Below, piece by piece: positions 1 to 9,326 of a stretch of 64,000 nt of DNA. The stretch's first letter is position 1. Every line of letters starts with the position of its first letter. Below the pieces are notes generated by a model. The model had not been told where the DNA came from. It searched no databases and was given only the letters and a program-made list of their open reading frames with translations. Source of the stretch: Patescibacteria group bacterium (GTDB taxonomy: Bacteria > Patescibacteriota > Minisyncoccia > Phycocordibacterales > UBA9973); NCBI GenBank assembly GCA_038063915.1, contig JBBTUE010000004.1, positions 38,719 through 102,718 of the forward strand, given 5' to 3'. The position numbers and the translations under genes are program-made.

Positions 1-316
1 CTGAAGCTTTGCGAGCCTTTAGAGCAAGATCATTGTCCCCAGTGCCTATCTTTATCTGGATGGCCTTTGTCTCTGTGGGTTTTGAACCGGCTTTAGCCTT
101 CTTCTGCTTCTTATTCTGTTCATATTGGTACTTACCGAAATCGGCTATCTTTACTATCGGTGGAATAGCATTTGGGGAAATTTCAATCAAATCCAGACCT
201 TCTGCTTGAGCCAAGGCAAAGGCTTCTTTAAAACTTAAAACGCCTAGGTTTTCGCCTTTGCTTGAGATTACACGAATCTCGTTAGCGCGTATTTGATTGT
301 TGATTCTTTCCCTCAA
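1..316 (-). CDS. infC: translation initiation factor IF-3 (5' part, runs off the window)
   Basis: Manual minus-strand translation LRERINNQIRANEIRVISSKGENLGV...GLDLIEISPNAIPPIVKIADFGKYQY. TTG at 316 is the first start after an in-frame TAA. Not in the ORF track. Confidence 0.92.
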   Translation of the reverse strand, partial: MRERINNQIRANEIRVISSKGENLGVLSFKEAFALAQAEGLDLIEISPNAIPPIVKIADFGKYQYEQNKKQKKAKAGSKPTETKAIQIKIGTGDNDLALKARKAS

Positions 317-420
317 TTGCGATTATATTATTCTTTCCGATAGAAATAAATAGATTCCATGCCTGTGATAGGCAGGAGTACCTAAAAGCAATACTAGCAT
401 ATATATGATAGTATGGCAAT

Positions 421-1230
421 ATGTCGGAAGATGTCATAATAACCTATAAAAAAATAGGGGAGACACCCCTAGAGTCCCTAGAAAAAGCTCGCAAAGAGCG
501 GGGAATTGCCACAGATATTCCTATGACCTATGCTGGCCGACTCGATCCCATGGCAGAGGGATTGATGATAATACTTGCAGGTGATGAGTGTAAAAACAAA
601 GAAAAATATTTAGGTCTCGATAAGACGTATGAATTTGAAATACTTGTCGGGTTTACAACTGATACTTATGATTTGCTGGGTTTAATTACATCAGAATATA
701 CAAATTCTTCGCATCTTAACCCTCTCTCTGGGGGCTCCGACGCCGACTCAGAATTTGCATATTCTGATGTAATAAAAGATACAGTTCCTAAATTTATAGG
801 TAATATTACTCAAAAATACCCACCATTTTCTTCAAAGACCGTAAATGGTAAACAATTATTCCAACTCTCAAAAGAGGGTGGATTACCAGAAATTCTCCCA
901 ACCCACGAAGTAACAATCTATAACCTACGCTGTACTAGTACAATGATACAGAAGAAGAAAGATTTGTATAGCGAAGTACAAAGAAGGATAAATCTTGTAC
1001 AAGGCGACTTTCGGCAAAAAGAAATACTAGAGAGTTGGGCTAGAGCATTCAAAGATAGCAATCAACAAGAGTACACCGTTTTATCTTGCATCTGTGAGTG
1101 TAGCAGTGGGACTTACATACGACAACTTGTACATGATATAAGTGAGCAGATAGGTATGCCACTTGTTACGTATTCAATAAAAAGGATAAAAGTAGGAGAG
1201 CATATATTAAATGACAATGTAGGCAAATAG
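421..1230 (+). CDS. truB: tRNA pseudouridine synthase, TruB family
   Basis: YAGRLDPMAEG catalytic motif, TDTYD, QKYPPFSS, CSSGTYIRQL. Confidence 0.88.
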   Translation: MSEDVIITYKKIGETPLESLEKARKERGIATDIPMTYAGRLDPMAEGLMIILAGDECKNKEKYLGLDKTYEFEILVGFTTDTYDLLGLITSEYTNSSHLNPLSGGSDADSEFAYSDVIKDTVPKFIGNITQKYPPFSSKTVNGKQLFQLSKEGGLPEILPTHEVTIYNLRCTSTMIQKKKDLYSEVQRRINLVQGDFRQKEILESWARAFKDSNQQEYTVLSCICECSSGTYIRQLVHDISEQIGMPLVTYSIKRIKVGEHILNDNVGK

Positions 1231-1273
1231 GAGTATAATATAAAAAAATCATCATCCTTAAAAAGTTGGCATC

Positions 1274-1414
1274 ATGAAAAAGATTAATCGTGTCCTTGGG
1301 TTCTTTTACTCGGTCACGATAGGATTAGCTATCGTGATGTTTCCTACCGCAGTAGGATTTTGGGTAATATTACAGTCATATGTAATAAATTTGGTAAAGT
1401 TTTTCTATAAATAA
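1274..1414 (+). CDS. small hydrophobic protein (46 aa)
   Basis: MKKINRVLGFFYSVTIGLAIVMFPTAVGFWVILQSYVINLVKFFYK, with a TATAAT upstream and a hairpin downstream. Confidence 0.4.
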   Translation: MKKINRVLGFFYSVTIGLAIVMFPTAVGFWVILQSYVINLVKFFYK

Positions 1415-1453
1415 TTGTTGTGCAGTTGAGTTACGTCCTATGTAAAAAAAGTA

Positions 1454-1486
1454 AAAGCCCTGTGCGTTTCTGACCACAGGGTTTTT
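1454..1486. terminator. bidirectional intrinsic terminator
   Basis: AAAAGCCCTGTG...CACAGGGTTTTT between convergent genes. Confidence 0.65.
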
Positions 1487-2243
1487 ATCTTTTCAAGGAC
1501 AAAATTCTCTGCATAAGTACATCCGCTGGAAGGAATTTACCCTCTAGTGGAATATAAAATTTTCCTTTGACTCTACTTTTATCTGCTGACACTGGTAAAC
1601 CACTCTCTGCTAACAGCTCAGCGTCGTTATAATTATCTCCGATAGCCATGACGTTTTTCTTTTCCAACTTAAAAATTTTCCTTGCATGCCTTAGGCCGAG
1701 AGCTTTTGTCTGACTTCCTTTTATTAAAATGTCATAAGCTTCGCCGTTCCAAACAGTCACGAGTCCACCTTCTTTTTTTACTACTTGTTCGATTGCTTTT
1801 ATCTGCCTTGCGCAATGTATTGTTATGATGAATTCTTTTGGCTCATAACCTTTTACACTTTTATTTCTGTTTGTAACTTTTTTTAGTTTTGGAAGTATGT
1901 TCCTCAGTCGTTCGAAACTGTTGATATGCTGGAATATTTTACCCTTATACCAAGTAGCACTTCCATTTTCATAAGTGAGACTAACAAAAGGTAAAACCTC
2001 GCGAAACATCTCTTGGAGCATATACAGCCCTCTACCAGAACTGATATTTATCAGAAGTCCCATTTTATAAAGTTTCCTTATTTGCTCTATTTGTCTTTTT
2101 GCGATAACTTTTGTCTCTAAAGTGGTAATATTGCCAACCTGTTTTATTTTTGTCCCCCTCGGTACGAGTACCCCGTCGACATCAAAAACAACCATCTTTA
2201 TCTTCTTTAATTCATCTTTTGAAATTTGATCAATAGGTTTCAT
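1485..2243 (-). CDS. HAD-superfamily hydrolase (Cof/IIB-like)
   Basis: FDVDGVL, SSGR, K...GDNYND motifs. Confidence 0.85.
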   Translation of the reverse strand: MKPIDQISKDELKKIKMVVFDVDGVLVPRGTKIKQVGNITTLETKVIAKRQIEQIRKLYKMGLLINISSGRGLYMLQEMFREVLPFVSLTYENGSATWYKGKIFQHINSFERLRNILPKLKKVTNRNKSVKGYEPKEFIITIHCARQIKAIEQVVKKEGGLVTVWNGEAYDILIKGSQTKALGLRHARKIFKLEKKNVMAIGDNYNDAELLAESGLPVSADKSRVKGKFYIPLEGKFLPADVLMQRILSLKR

Positions 2244-2318
2244 TTATGGCTTTATTATACTCTAAAATAGATATGGACCAAACTAGTTCTAATGATAATA
2301 AATGGTATAATCTTCTCT

Positions 2319-3272
2319 ATGAAAAATGTAGTGACCATAGGAGGGGGCACTGGTAGCTATACTGTCCTAGTAGGATTGAAAGATTTGAAAGATGTATCAA
2401 TATCTGCCCTTGTTTCTATGGCGGATGACGGGGGCTCGACTGGCATCCTTCGCGACGAGCTCGGCGTCCTACCCCCGGGAGATATAAGGCAGTGCCTCGT
2501 TGCCCTCAGTGAACATAGCGATATAGTCCGCAAGCTCATAAGCTATAGATTCAGCAGGGGGTCTCTCTCGGGTCATAGTTTTGGGAATATCCTCTTAGCT
2601 GCCCTCGAGAAAGTGACCGGTGACTTTGTGCAAGGAGTTGAAGTTGCTTCAGAAATCCTTAAAGTAAAGGGCACAGTGATACCAATAACAAAAGACAAAG
2701 CCGAGTTGCGAGCCCTACTTTCAGATGGAACTTTAATAAAAAATCAACGAAGTATAGGTAAAACAAATCTTCGAAAGTTAGGCATTAAGAAAATTTTCTA
2801 TAAGAATAGAGTTAGGTTAAATGAAAAAGCAAGAAATTCGATAATAAAAGCAAATTATATAATAATAGGACCTGGCGACTATTATGAATCAGTGGTACCA
2901 AATCTGATCGTCGGTGGATTTAAAGAAGCAATCCAAAAAACTAAAGCAAAAATAATTTTACCAATAAATCTCACAAATAAGAAGATTCACACAAAATATT
3001 GGAAAGTGAGTGACTATGTCAAAAATACAGAAAAGTATTTAGGTAGATCTGTTGATATAGTGCTAGTTAATAGTGAATCACCCTCAACTGCTCAAATGAA
3101 GCGCTATAAACTAAAAGAAGGGGATGGAGTTTTAGTAGAAGACGATTTTAATGATCTACGAGTTATGAGGAGGGACCTATTATCTCCGGCACTTTTTAAT
3201 CACAAAAGAAGCTTTATAAGGCACGATTCTTTAAAACTAGCCAAATGTATAAGTAGTATAATAAAAAAATAA
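2319..3272 (+). CDS. yvcK: YvcK/GlmR (UPF0052, CofD-like) protein
   Basis: VVTIGGGTG, DDGGSTG.LR..LG..PPGDIRQCL, GHSFGN. Start placed at the ATG just after TGGTATAAT. Confidence 0.88.
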   Translation: MKNVVTIGGGTGSYTVLVGLKDLKDVSISALVSMADDGGSTGILRDELGVLPPGDIRQCLVALSEHSDIVRKLISYRFSRGSLSGHSFGNILLAALEKVTGDFVQGVEVASEILKVKGTVIPITKDKAELRALLSDGTLIKNQRSIGKTNLRKLGIKKIFYKNRVRLNEKARNSIIKANYIIIGPGDYYESVVPNLIVGGFKEAIQKTKAKIILPINLTNKKIHTKYWKVSDYVKNTEKYLGRSVDIVLVNSESPSTAQMKRYKLKEGDGVLVEDDFNDLRVMRRDLLSPALFNHKRSFIRHDSLKLAKCISSIIKK

Positions 3273-3273
3273 T

Positions 3274-3843
3274 ATGAAACTCATTCTAGATTTTGATGAT
3301 ACCCTGTCTAATAATAAGCTACTAAAAGAGCATATATATAAATGTCTAGAAGAAGTAGGAGTGCTATCTGCTACATCCGAAAAATATTATAAAGAAGTGC
3401 GCGCTACTAATACCCCGTTCTCTTTGAAAGATTTTCTATCCTCGGTCCTCACTCGTGAAAATACTAAAGGAGATATTGAGATACTTTACGAGAAAATAAT
3501 GGAGATATGCCCAACTCTTTTGGATACGAAGTTATTAGAGATTGTTCGTAAACTTGGCAAAGATAATTGCTATCTTGTGACAAACGGTAACTACGAATAC
3601 CAAATGGATAAAATTGAAAAAAGCAAAATAGTTCAACTTTTCCAAAAAATTATAGTTGTTCCTGGAAGTAAAAAGGAACCTATAGAAAAAATTTGCACTG
3701 ATAATAAAGACGATAAAGTGGTTTTTGTTGATAATAAAGAAGTTTTTTTTAAAGATCTAGATATGAACGTCTGTAATAACCTTACTACTATTCTCTACGA
3801 CGAGTATGGGCTGGAGAGTCTAAAAGGGGTTGTAGTAAAATAG
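3274..3843 (+). CDS. HAD-like hydrolase
   Basis: LDFDDTL, VTNG, FVDN motifs. Confidence 0.75.
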   Translation: MKLILDFDDTLSNNKLLKEHIYKCLEEVGVLSATSEKYYKEVRATNTPFSLKDFLSSVLTRENTKGDIEILYEKIMEICPTLLDTKLLEIVRKLGKDNCYLVTNGNYEYQMDKIEKSKIVQLFQKIIVVPGSKKEPIEKICTDNKDDKVVFVDNKEVFFKDLDMNVCNNLTTILYDEYGLESLKGVVVK

Positions 3844-3854
3844 GCTTGTTTTAC

Positions 3855-3883
3855 TTGACTTTTTGGTTATTGTTTGCTATAAT
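3855..3883 (+). promoter_or_regulatory. sigma70-type promoter
   Basis: TTGACT-N17-TATAAT upstream of 3940. Confidence 0.65.
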
Positions 3884-3939
3884 ACTACCCAAAACTGATC
3901 TAATCCTATTTTAAATAAAAATCTAAACTCTGTTTATTT

Positions 3940-4332
3940 ATGGAAAAACAATTGAGTCCAAAAGCAATCAAGCTAAGATTGACTATCTTAGCCCTGGCTA
4001 GTCTTGGCGTAGTCATCTACGGATTACTTTCTTCCATTGACGACAGGTATGCATTCATAGTCATTGTATTTGCTGTCCTATTTGTAGTTTTCTGCGCAGG
4101 GATAATTGGAGAGTCATACCTCTTTCAGGACATTAAATGTAAAGTGATAGATAAAGACGGACGATTCCGTTACACTTATGTATATCGAAATAAAAAAAAG
4201 AATATATACAAGGTGCACGGAAAAGATGGCGGGTGGATTATTCTAAACGAGAATCAAATAAAGATGATTGAAGAAAATCGTCAGAAACGTACCATCCATG
4301 GGGGACATGTAATCCCTGAATTTAGATTATAA
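3940..4332 (+). CDS. hypothetical membrane protein (2 TM)
   Basis: 130-aa ORF with two hydrophobic segments, its own promoter and a downstream hairpin. Confidence 0.65.
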   Translation: MEKQLSPKAIKLRLTILALASLGVVIYGLLSSIDDRYAFIVIVFAVLFVVFCAGIIGESYLFQDIKCKVIDKDGRFRYTYVYRNKKKNIYKVHGKDGGWIILNENQIKMIEENRQKRTIHGGHVIPEFRL

Positions 4333-4465
4333 AAATATTATCAGGACGAGGACGAGGACGAAGACCGCAACCTATTTAAGTTAGGGGCGGTTTTTTTATT
4401 TTGTATGACTATCATTCTTGGGGATTTAATGCTATAAAGATAAAAAACCTCAAAATTAAATAACC

Positions 4466-5077
4466 ATGAAAAAGATAATCATCCCCATCGTTATTCTATT
4501 TGTCTGTTCACAGCTAAAAGGCCAGGAATCCTATATAAGAAATGAAGGAAGTTTTGTAATTTATAAGGTCCCCACGGATCATGACTTCTTTCTAAGTAGC
4601 AGTTATATAAGGCTCAACAAGAAGCACCCCGAGCTTGGATACTTCGTTGAAATTTCCAGCGACGCTAATGTCGGGTTATATGCTACGGGTTTAGCTTATA
4701 ATATGAAGACCAATCGCCAACTCTCTGTTGAAGGAAGTTTCGGTCCAGAGTTTATAAAAGAAATTAGGACAAAGAAATCTGGTCTCGGCGCTACGGGGCA
4801 TGTCTATCTTTCCAATAAAAAATATCTGGATAGAAAGCAGTGGAAGGTACAAACTTTCTTTCAGTTTCATTATTCAGACATGTCTGGCTGGTGGCATCAG
4901 TTTTACGCAACAATATCTCCATTTAAATGGATTAGTCTGGGTGTACTAAATCAGACCCACAGCGTAAAATTTGGAGGACTGATTCATCTAAATTCCCCTG
5001 GTGGTCTCCGACTCTTCTTTGCTGCTGACGGTAAGAGACAGTGTATCGGCCTTAACATTTCTGGTCAGTTAAAATAA
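4466..5077 (+). CDS. secreted beta-strand-rich hypothetical protein
   Basis: Signal peptide MKKIIIPIVILFVCSQLKG|Q, alternating aromatic/hydrophobic strands. Confidence 0.65.
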   Translation: MKKIIIPIVILFVCSQLKGQESYIRNEGSFVIYKVPTDHDFFLSSSYIRLNKKHPELGYFVEISSDANVGLYATGLAYNMKTNRQLSVEGSFGPEFIKEIRTKKSGLGATGHVYLSNKKYLDRKQWKVQTFFQFHYSDMSGWWHQFYATISPFKWISLGVLNQTHSVKFGGLIHLNSPGGLRLFFAADGKRQCIGLNISGQLK

Positions 5078-5148
5078 AATAGATTTCATATAATAAATAA
5101 AACCCTCGATTTCGGTCGAGGGATTTTATTATATGTTAATATAAGTAT

Positions 5149-5592
5149 ATGAGCATGTTGATAGACAACAGAAAGGCCCACTTTAATTACGAAGTTATTG
5201 AGAAATACGAAGCTGGTATTGAATTGTTCGGCTACGAGGTTAAATCCATAAAAGGTGGCAGGGCAATACTTGCTGGCTCGTTTGCTATTGTCCGTGGCGG
5301 GGAAGTGTATTTGATGAATATGCAGATTCCTCCATATCAAGTAGGCAATACCCCAGAGAGCTATGACCCGACTCGAACTCGCAGGCTACTACTCTCCAAG
5401 AAGCAGATACGCGAGATAGCTCCAAGCGACAACATGAAAGGTTTGACACTGGTACCACTATCACTGTATAGTAAGGGACGCCTTATCAAAGTAGAGCTCG
5501 CAGTCGTAAAAGGTAAGAAGAATTATGATAAGCGCGAGACTATAAAGAAACGCGATATTGATCGGGAGATTGATAGAGAGTATAAAAGGTAA
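5149..5592 (+). CDS. smpB: SsrA-binding protein
   Basis: NRKAHFNY...EAGIEL.G.EVKS, KGKKNYDKRE; adjacent to tmRNA. Confidence 0.97.
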   Translation: MSMLIDNRKAHFNYEVIEKYEAGIELFGYEVKSIKGGRAILAGSFAIVRGGEVYLMNMQIPPYQVGNTPESYDPTRTRRLLLSKKQIREIAPSDNMKGLTLVPLSLYSKGRLIKVELAVVKGKKNYDKRETIKKRDIDREIDREYKR

Positions 5593-5613
5593 TTCTTTGA
5601 AAATTTTATATAT

Positions 5614-6005
5614 GGGACTGACGGGCTTCGACAAAGGACCGTCCCATAGATGTGCGTGTCGAGTACTCAGAAATCTCGTTAAACTTTTTGAAAAAGACTA
5701 AGTGCAAACAAAGTCGCTTCAGCAAAATTATCTCCATACTTCGGTATGAATAATTTTGCTTTCGCATTAGCCTAACTTTAGGTCATGCGTTTGTCTACCT
5801 ATTAGACATCCGATATAGTGGGTAGGCATCATTCATCGGGTTACGAATTACAAACCGCTTGATTGTAGTTCCGACAATTAAGAGCTCGGTGTTCACTTTT
5901 TTTGTTTGTTCTCTAGAGTGAATATTTAAACCAATCGAACATTCTACACATGTAGACTCATCTATGAACATCTTTTGCATGGCGGTTCAACTCCGCCCAG
6001 TTCCA
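5614..6005 (+). ncRNA. ssrA: tmRNA
   Basis: 5' GGGACTGACGGGCTTCGAC, 3' T-arm GGCGGTTCAACTCCGCC plus CAGTTCCA; tag frame 5704-5775 reads ANKVASAKLSPYFGMNNFAFALA*. Confidence 0.95.
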
Positions 6006-6069
6006 CAACTATTTCGATAAATTAAATATTGCTGTACAATAGAGATATTAATAATATACAAGTATTTTT

Positions 6070-6468
6070 ATGAAAGAATTTAAACAATTTTTACTCAGAG
6101 GTAATGTCGTCGACTTGGCAGTTGGTGTCGTAGTCGGTGCGGCTTTTGGAACCATTGTTTCTGCTTTGGTCTCTGATTTACTTACTCCACTTATCGCAGC
6201 TATCGCCAAAGTACCAGACTTTGGAGGGCTATCATTTACAATAAATGGCAGTCAGTTTATGTACGGCCACTTTATTAATGCTCTCATCTCATTCATATTA
6301 GTTGCAGGGGCAGTGTTCTTCTTCGTCGTCAAACCGATGAATATACTCATTGCACGTTCCCGCAAAGCACCATCGACTGACCCAACGACAAAAAAGTGTA
6401 AGGAGTGCCTAAGCGAGATCCCGATTGATGCAAAGCGCTGTTCACACTGTACCCAAGTATTAGCCTAA
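6070..6468 (+). CDS. mscL: large-conductance mechanosensitive channel with C-terminal zinc ribbon
   Basis: KEFKQFLLRGNVVDLAVGVVVGAAF; CKEC...RCSHC tail. Confidence 0.95.
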   Translation: MKEFKQFLLRGNVVDLAVGVVVGAAFGTIVSALVSDLLTPLIAAIAKVPDFGGLSFTINGSQFMYGHFINALISFILVAGAVFFFVVKPMNILIARSRKAPSTDPTTKKCKECLSEIPIDAKRCSHCTQVLA

Positions 6469-6543
6469 AACTCAAATAAATAAAAACGCCCTCCTTTTGA
6501 AGGCGTTTTTATTTTACTCACGTTCGTGTATAATACCCATACT

Positions 6544-8436
6544 ATGGATCCTAAAAAGAAAGCCCCACAACAGAAAAAGGTGCCTAATATAACCAATCAG
6601 ATCATAATTGCTATCTTCATATTCGCTAGTATTACCATTATTTACTCTATGGTCGCAAGTACGCCTTCCGAGGTGAAAAGCATGTCTATATCTGATGTGG
6701 CTAAAGGTATTAGTACTAGTACCATCGAGCGCATCGATGTATCTGGTCAAGATGTAAATGTGACTTTCAAAGATAAGACAAAAGGTATTGCAAAGAAAGA
6801 AGTCGAAAGCTCGCTCTCCACAACGCTATCAAACTATGGAGTCACAAAAGAAGAGCTCGCGTCCACTCCTATCGAAGTTAAAAGTGAGAGTGGTTTCTTC
6901 TACTGGCTCGCCAATGTCTTGCCGTTCTTGCTTCCAGTTATACTCATAGTATTTTTCATCTGGATGCTGACTCGCCAAGTCAAAGGCGCGGGTATGCAAG
7001 CTTTTACTTTTGGTCAATCAAAGGCTCGCATTACTGACCCAAATGATAAAAATAATCGCGTGACATTCAAAGATGTCGCTGGCGCAAAAGAAGCTAAAGA
7101 AGAATTGAAAGAAATTGTGGACTTCCTAAAGAATCCAAAAAAGTTTCTAGATATAGGTGCTCGTATTCCGAAGGGGGTGATTCTGACTGGTGCACCTGGT
7201 ACAGGTAAGACTTTGCTTGCAAGAGCCGTAGCAGGGGAGGCAAGCGTGCCATTCTTTCATCTGTCTGGTTCTGAATTCGTCGAGATGTTCGTCGGAGTCG
7301 GTGCTTCACGTGTGCGCGATTTATTTAAGATGGCCAAAAAATCTGCCCCAGCGATTATATTCATTGATGAGATCGATGCCGTCGGTCGTGTACGTGGCTC
7401 TGGAGTGGGTGGAGGCAACGACGAACGCGAGCAAACTCTAAACCAAATACTTGTCGAAATGGATGGATTTGAACCAAATGAAAAAGTGATAGTAATGGCA
7501 GCGACGAACCGCTCTGACGTACTTGATCCAGCGCTCCTTCGCCCAGGTCGCTTTGATCGCCGAGTAGTACTTGATCTGCCGGACCGGGCTGATCGTGAGG
7601 AAATACTTTTGATACATTCAATTAAAAAACCTTTCGCAGAAGATGTAAATCTAAAAGTTATTGCCGAGCGTACACCAGGGTTCTCTGGTGCCGACTTGTA
7701 TTCACTTATGAACGAAGGTGCGATACTCGCTGCCCGGGAAGATAGGAAAAAAGTCGCGCAGTTTGACCTAATCCGCTCAATTGAGAAAGTCATGATGGGT
7801 CCAGAGCGTAAGAGTCATTTACTTTCAGTTAAGGAAAAAGAAATCACGGCATACCATGAAGCAGGTCACGCACTTGTGGCATCGGTACTTCCTTATGCAG
7901 ACCCAGTGCACAAAGTATCAATAGTTTCTCGAGGAAGTGCAGGCGGATATACTCTAAAACTTCCACTAGAGGAACGCCGTTTACAAAGTAAGCGTGAATT
8001 CCTAGATGATATCGCTATGGCAATGGGGGGTTATGCTGCTGAGCAGATGATATTTGGTGACATTACGACTGGCCCATCAAATGATTTGCAAGTAGCGACA
8101 GGTCTTGCCCGAGCTATGGTTACACGTTGGGGAATGTCAGATGAGATTGGTCCGATAGCACTTGAGAGTGATGGGGGAAGAACAATGTTTGGCCGTGGGA
8201 TAAACGATCAAGAATACTCTGAGCGTGTCAGTGCGCTTATTGATGGGGAAGTTTCAAAAATTATGAATAATGCGCTAGCGCAAGCTGCAAAAGTACTTAT
8301 AGATAAGCGTAAAGTTCTTGATGCTATAGCTAAAAAACTTGTGGAAGTAGAGACACTCGAGCAAGATGAATACAATCAACTCATAATAGCCCATGGGATT
8401 ACTCCAAAGACTAAAGAAACAATAGTAAAAGCATAA
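6544..8436 (+). CDS. ftsH: ATP-dependent zinc metalloprotease FtsH
   Basis: 2 [17 protein letters not shown], second region of homology, HEAGH. Confidence 0.98.
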   Translation: MDPKKKAPQQKKVPNITNQIIIAIFIFASITIIYSMVASTPSEVKSMSISDVAKGISTSTIERIDVSGQDVNVTFKDKTKGIAKKEVESSLSTTLSNYGVTKEELASTPIEVKSESGFFYWLANVLPFLLPVILIVFFIWMLTRQVKGAGMQAFTFGQSKARITDPNDKNNRVTFKDVAGAKEAKEELKEIVDFLKNPKKFLDIGARIPKGVILTGAPGTGKTLLARAVAGEASVPFFHLSGSEFVEMFVGVGASRVRDLFKMAKKSAPAIIFIDEIDAVGRVRGSGVGGGNDEREQTLNQILVEMDGFEPNEKVIVMAATNRSDVLDPALLRPGRFDRRVVLDLPDRADREEILLIHSIKKPFAEDVNLKVIAERTPGFSGADLYSLMNEGAILAAREDRKKVAQFDLIRSIEKVMMGPERKSHLLSVKEKEITAYHEAGHALVASVLPYADPVHKVSIVSRGSAGGYTLKLPLEERRLQSKREFLDDIAMAMGGYAAEQMIFGDITTGPSNDLQVATGLARAMVTRWGMSDEIGPIALESDGGRTMFGRGINDQEYSERVSALIDGEVSKIMNNALAQAAKVLIDKRKVLDAIAKKLVEVETLEQDEYNQLIIAHGITPKTKETIVKA

Positions 8437-8437
8437 A

Positions 8438-8914
8438 ATGCTCAAAAAATTTTGGCAATGGTATGAAAGCAAGTACAAACTAGTCCTCTATACGACGACG
8501 CTTCTTTTCCTCATTCAACTTTTCCACTTATATTGGATGACGACAGACATTGTGATGTTCCGATTGTTCGGGCATATGTTTTTCCCAATTAGTCACTTTT
8601 GGCAGTTGATGATAGCTCTCGCTGACTATACTGAAATCCCAGCTATTATTACTGCATCAATTTTATACATTCACAATCTTCGCTCTGGCTTCAACTGGCG
8701 CAGTGTTCTGTTCCTCTTCCTTATAAATTCTCAATGGCTTCACCTTTTCTGGATTACTGATGAGATTATATATGCACAATTCACTGGTACAGCCCTCGTA
8801 GTACTACCAGTCTGGCTCTCGTGGATTGCCATCTCTATTGATTACCTAGAACTTCCCGTTATGTACGATACGATAGTAAAATCGATAAAGTCGTTGCGAA
8901 AGGTGAGTTCATAA
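8438..8914 (+). CDS. hypothetical membrane protein
   Basis: About four hydrophobic helices with an internal HLYW/HLFW repeat; coupled to ftsH. Confidence 0.7.
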   Translation: MLKKFWQWYESKYKLVLYTTTLLFLIQLFHLYWMTTDIVMFRLFGHMFFPISHFWQLMIALADYTEIPAIITASILYIHNLRSGFNWRSVLFLFLINSQWLHLFWITDEIIYAQFTGTALVVLPVWLSWIAISIDYLELPVMYDTIVKSIKSLRKVSS

Positions 8915-8935
8915 GCTATAGTACATAAAGTATAA

Positions 8936-9009
8936 CCACCCTTAGCTCAGTTGGTTAGAGCACAGAGCTTATACCTCTGGGGTCCTTGGTTCGAATCCAA
9001 GAGGGTGGA
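8936..9009 (+). tRNA. tRNA-Ile(UAU)
   Basis: CCACCCT/AGGGTGG acceptor, anticodon arm CAGAG-CT TAT AC-CTCTG, GGTTCGAATCC. Confidence 0.92.
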
Positions 9010-9018
9010 CATTCATAG

Positions 9019-9074
9019 ACTTCTCCGAAAAAATCGGTCGCGCGCAAGCGCGCGTCCCATTTTTTCGGAGAAGT
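9019..9074. repeat. long hairpin immediately after tRNA-Ile
   Basis: ACTTCTCCGAAAAAAT...ATTTTTTCGGAGAAGT stem enclosing CGCGC-GCAA-GCGCG. Confidence 0.75.
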
Positions 9075-9079
9075 TCAAA

Positions 9080-9245
9080 CTTGTCCTCTCATTCTAGCAT
9101 TTGCGCGAACCTTTTTCGAGCAGAAAGACCAAGAGAACCAATGAACTCCGCCACGCGCGAGTACGCGCGTCTGCCCTCGCCCACCACACTCTCCATGCAT
9201 ATTTAATTTCGCGGGGGACTCTTTTTGATTTGGTATGGGTGGGGG
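9080..9245 (+). repeat. left copy of 166-bp inverted repeat bounding the DGR island
   Basis: Reverse complement of 17006-17171, about 5 mismatches by hand alignment. Confidence 0.93.
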
Positions 9246-9326
9246 CGAGATGTAAGTATATATTAACATTTAGAATTCAATTTAATACATTTGCAAAATG
9301 TGATAAATTGTCGCATAATATGAAAT

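Noticed and set aside
4343-4366. GACGAG tandem repeat
   Set aside because: Three short units before a terminator are too little to interpret.
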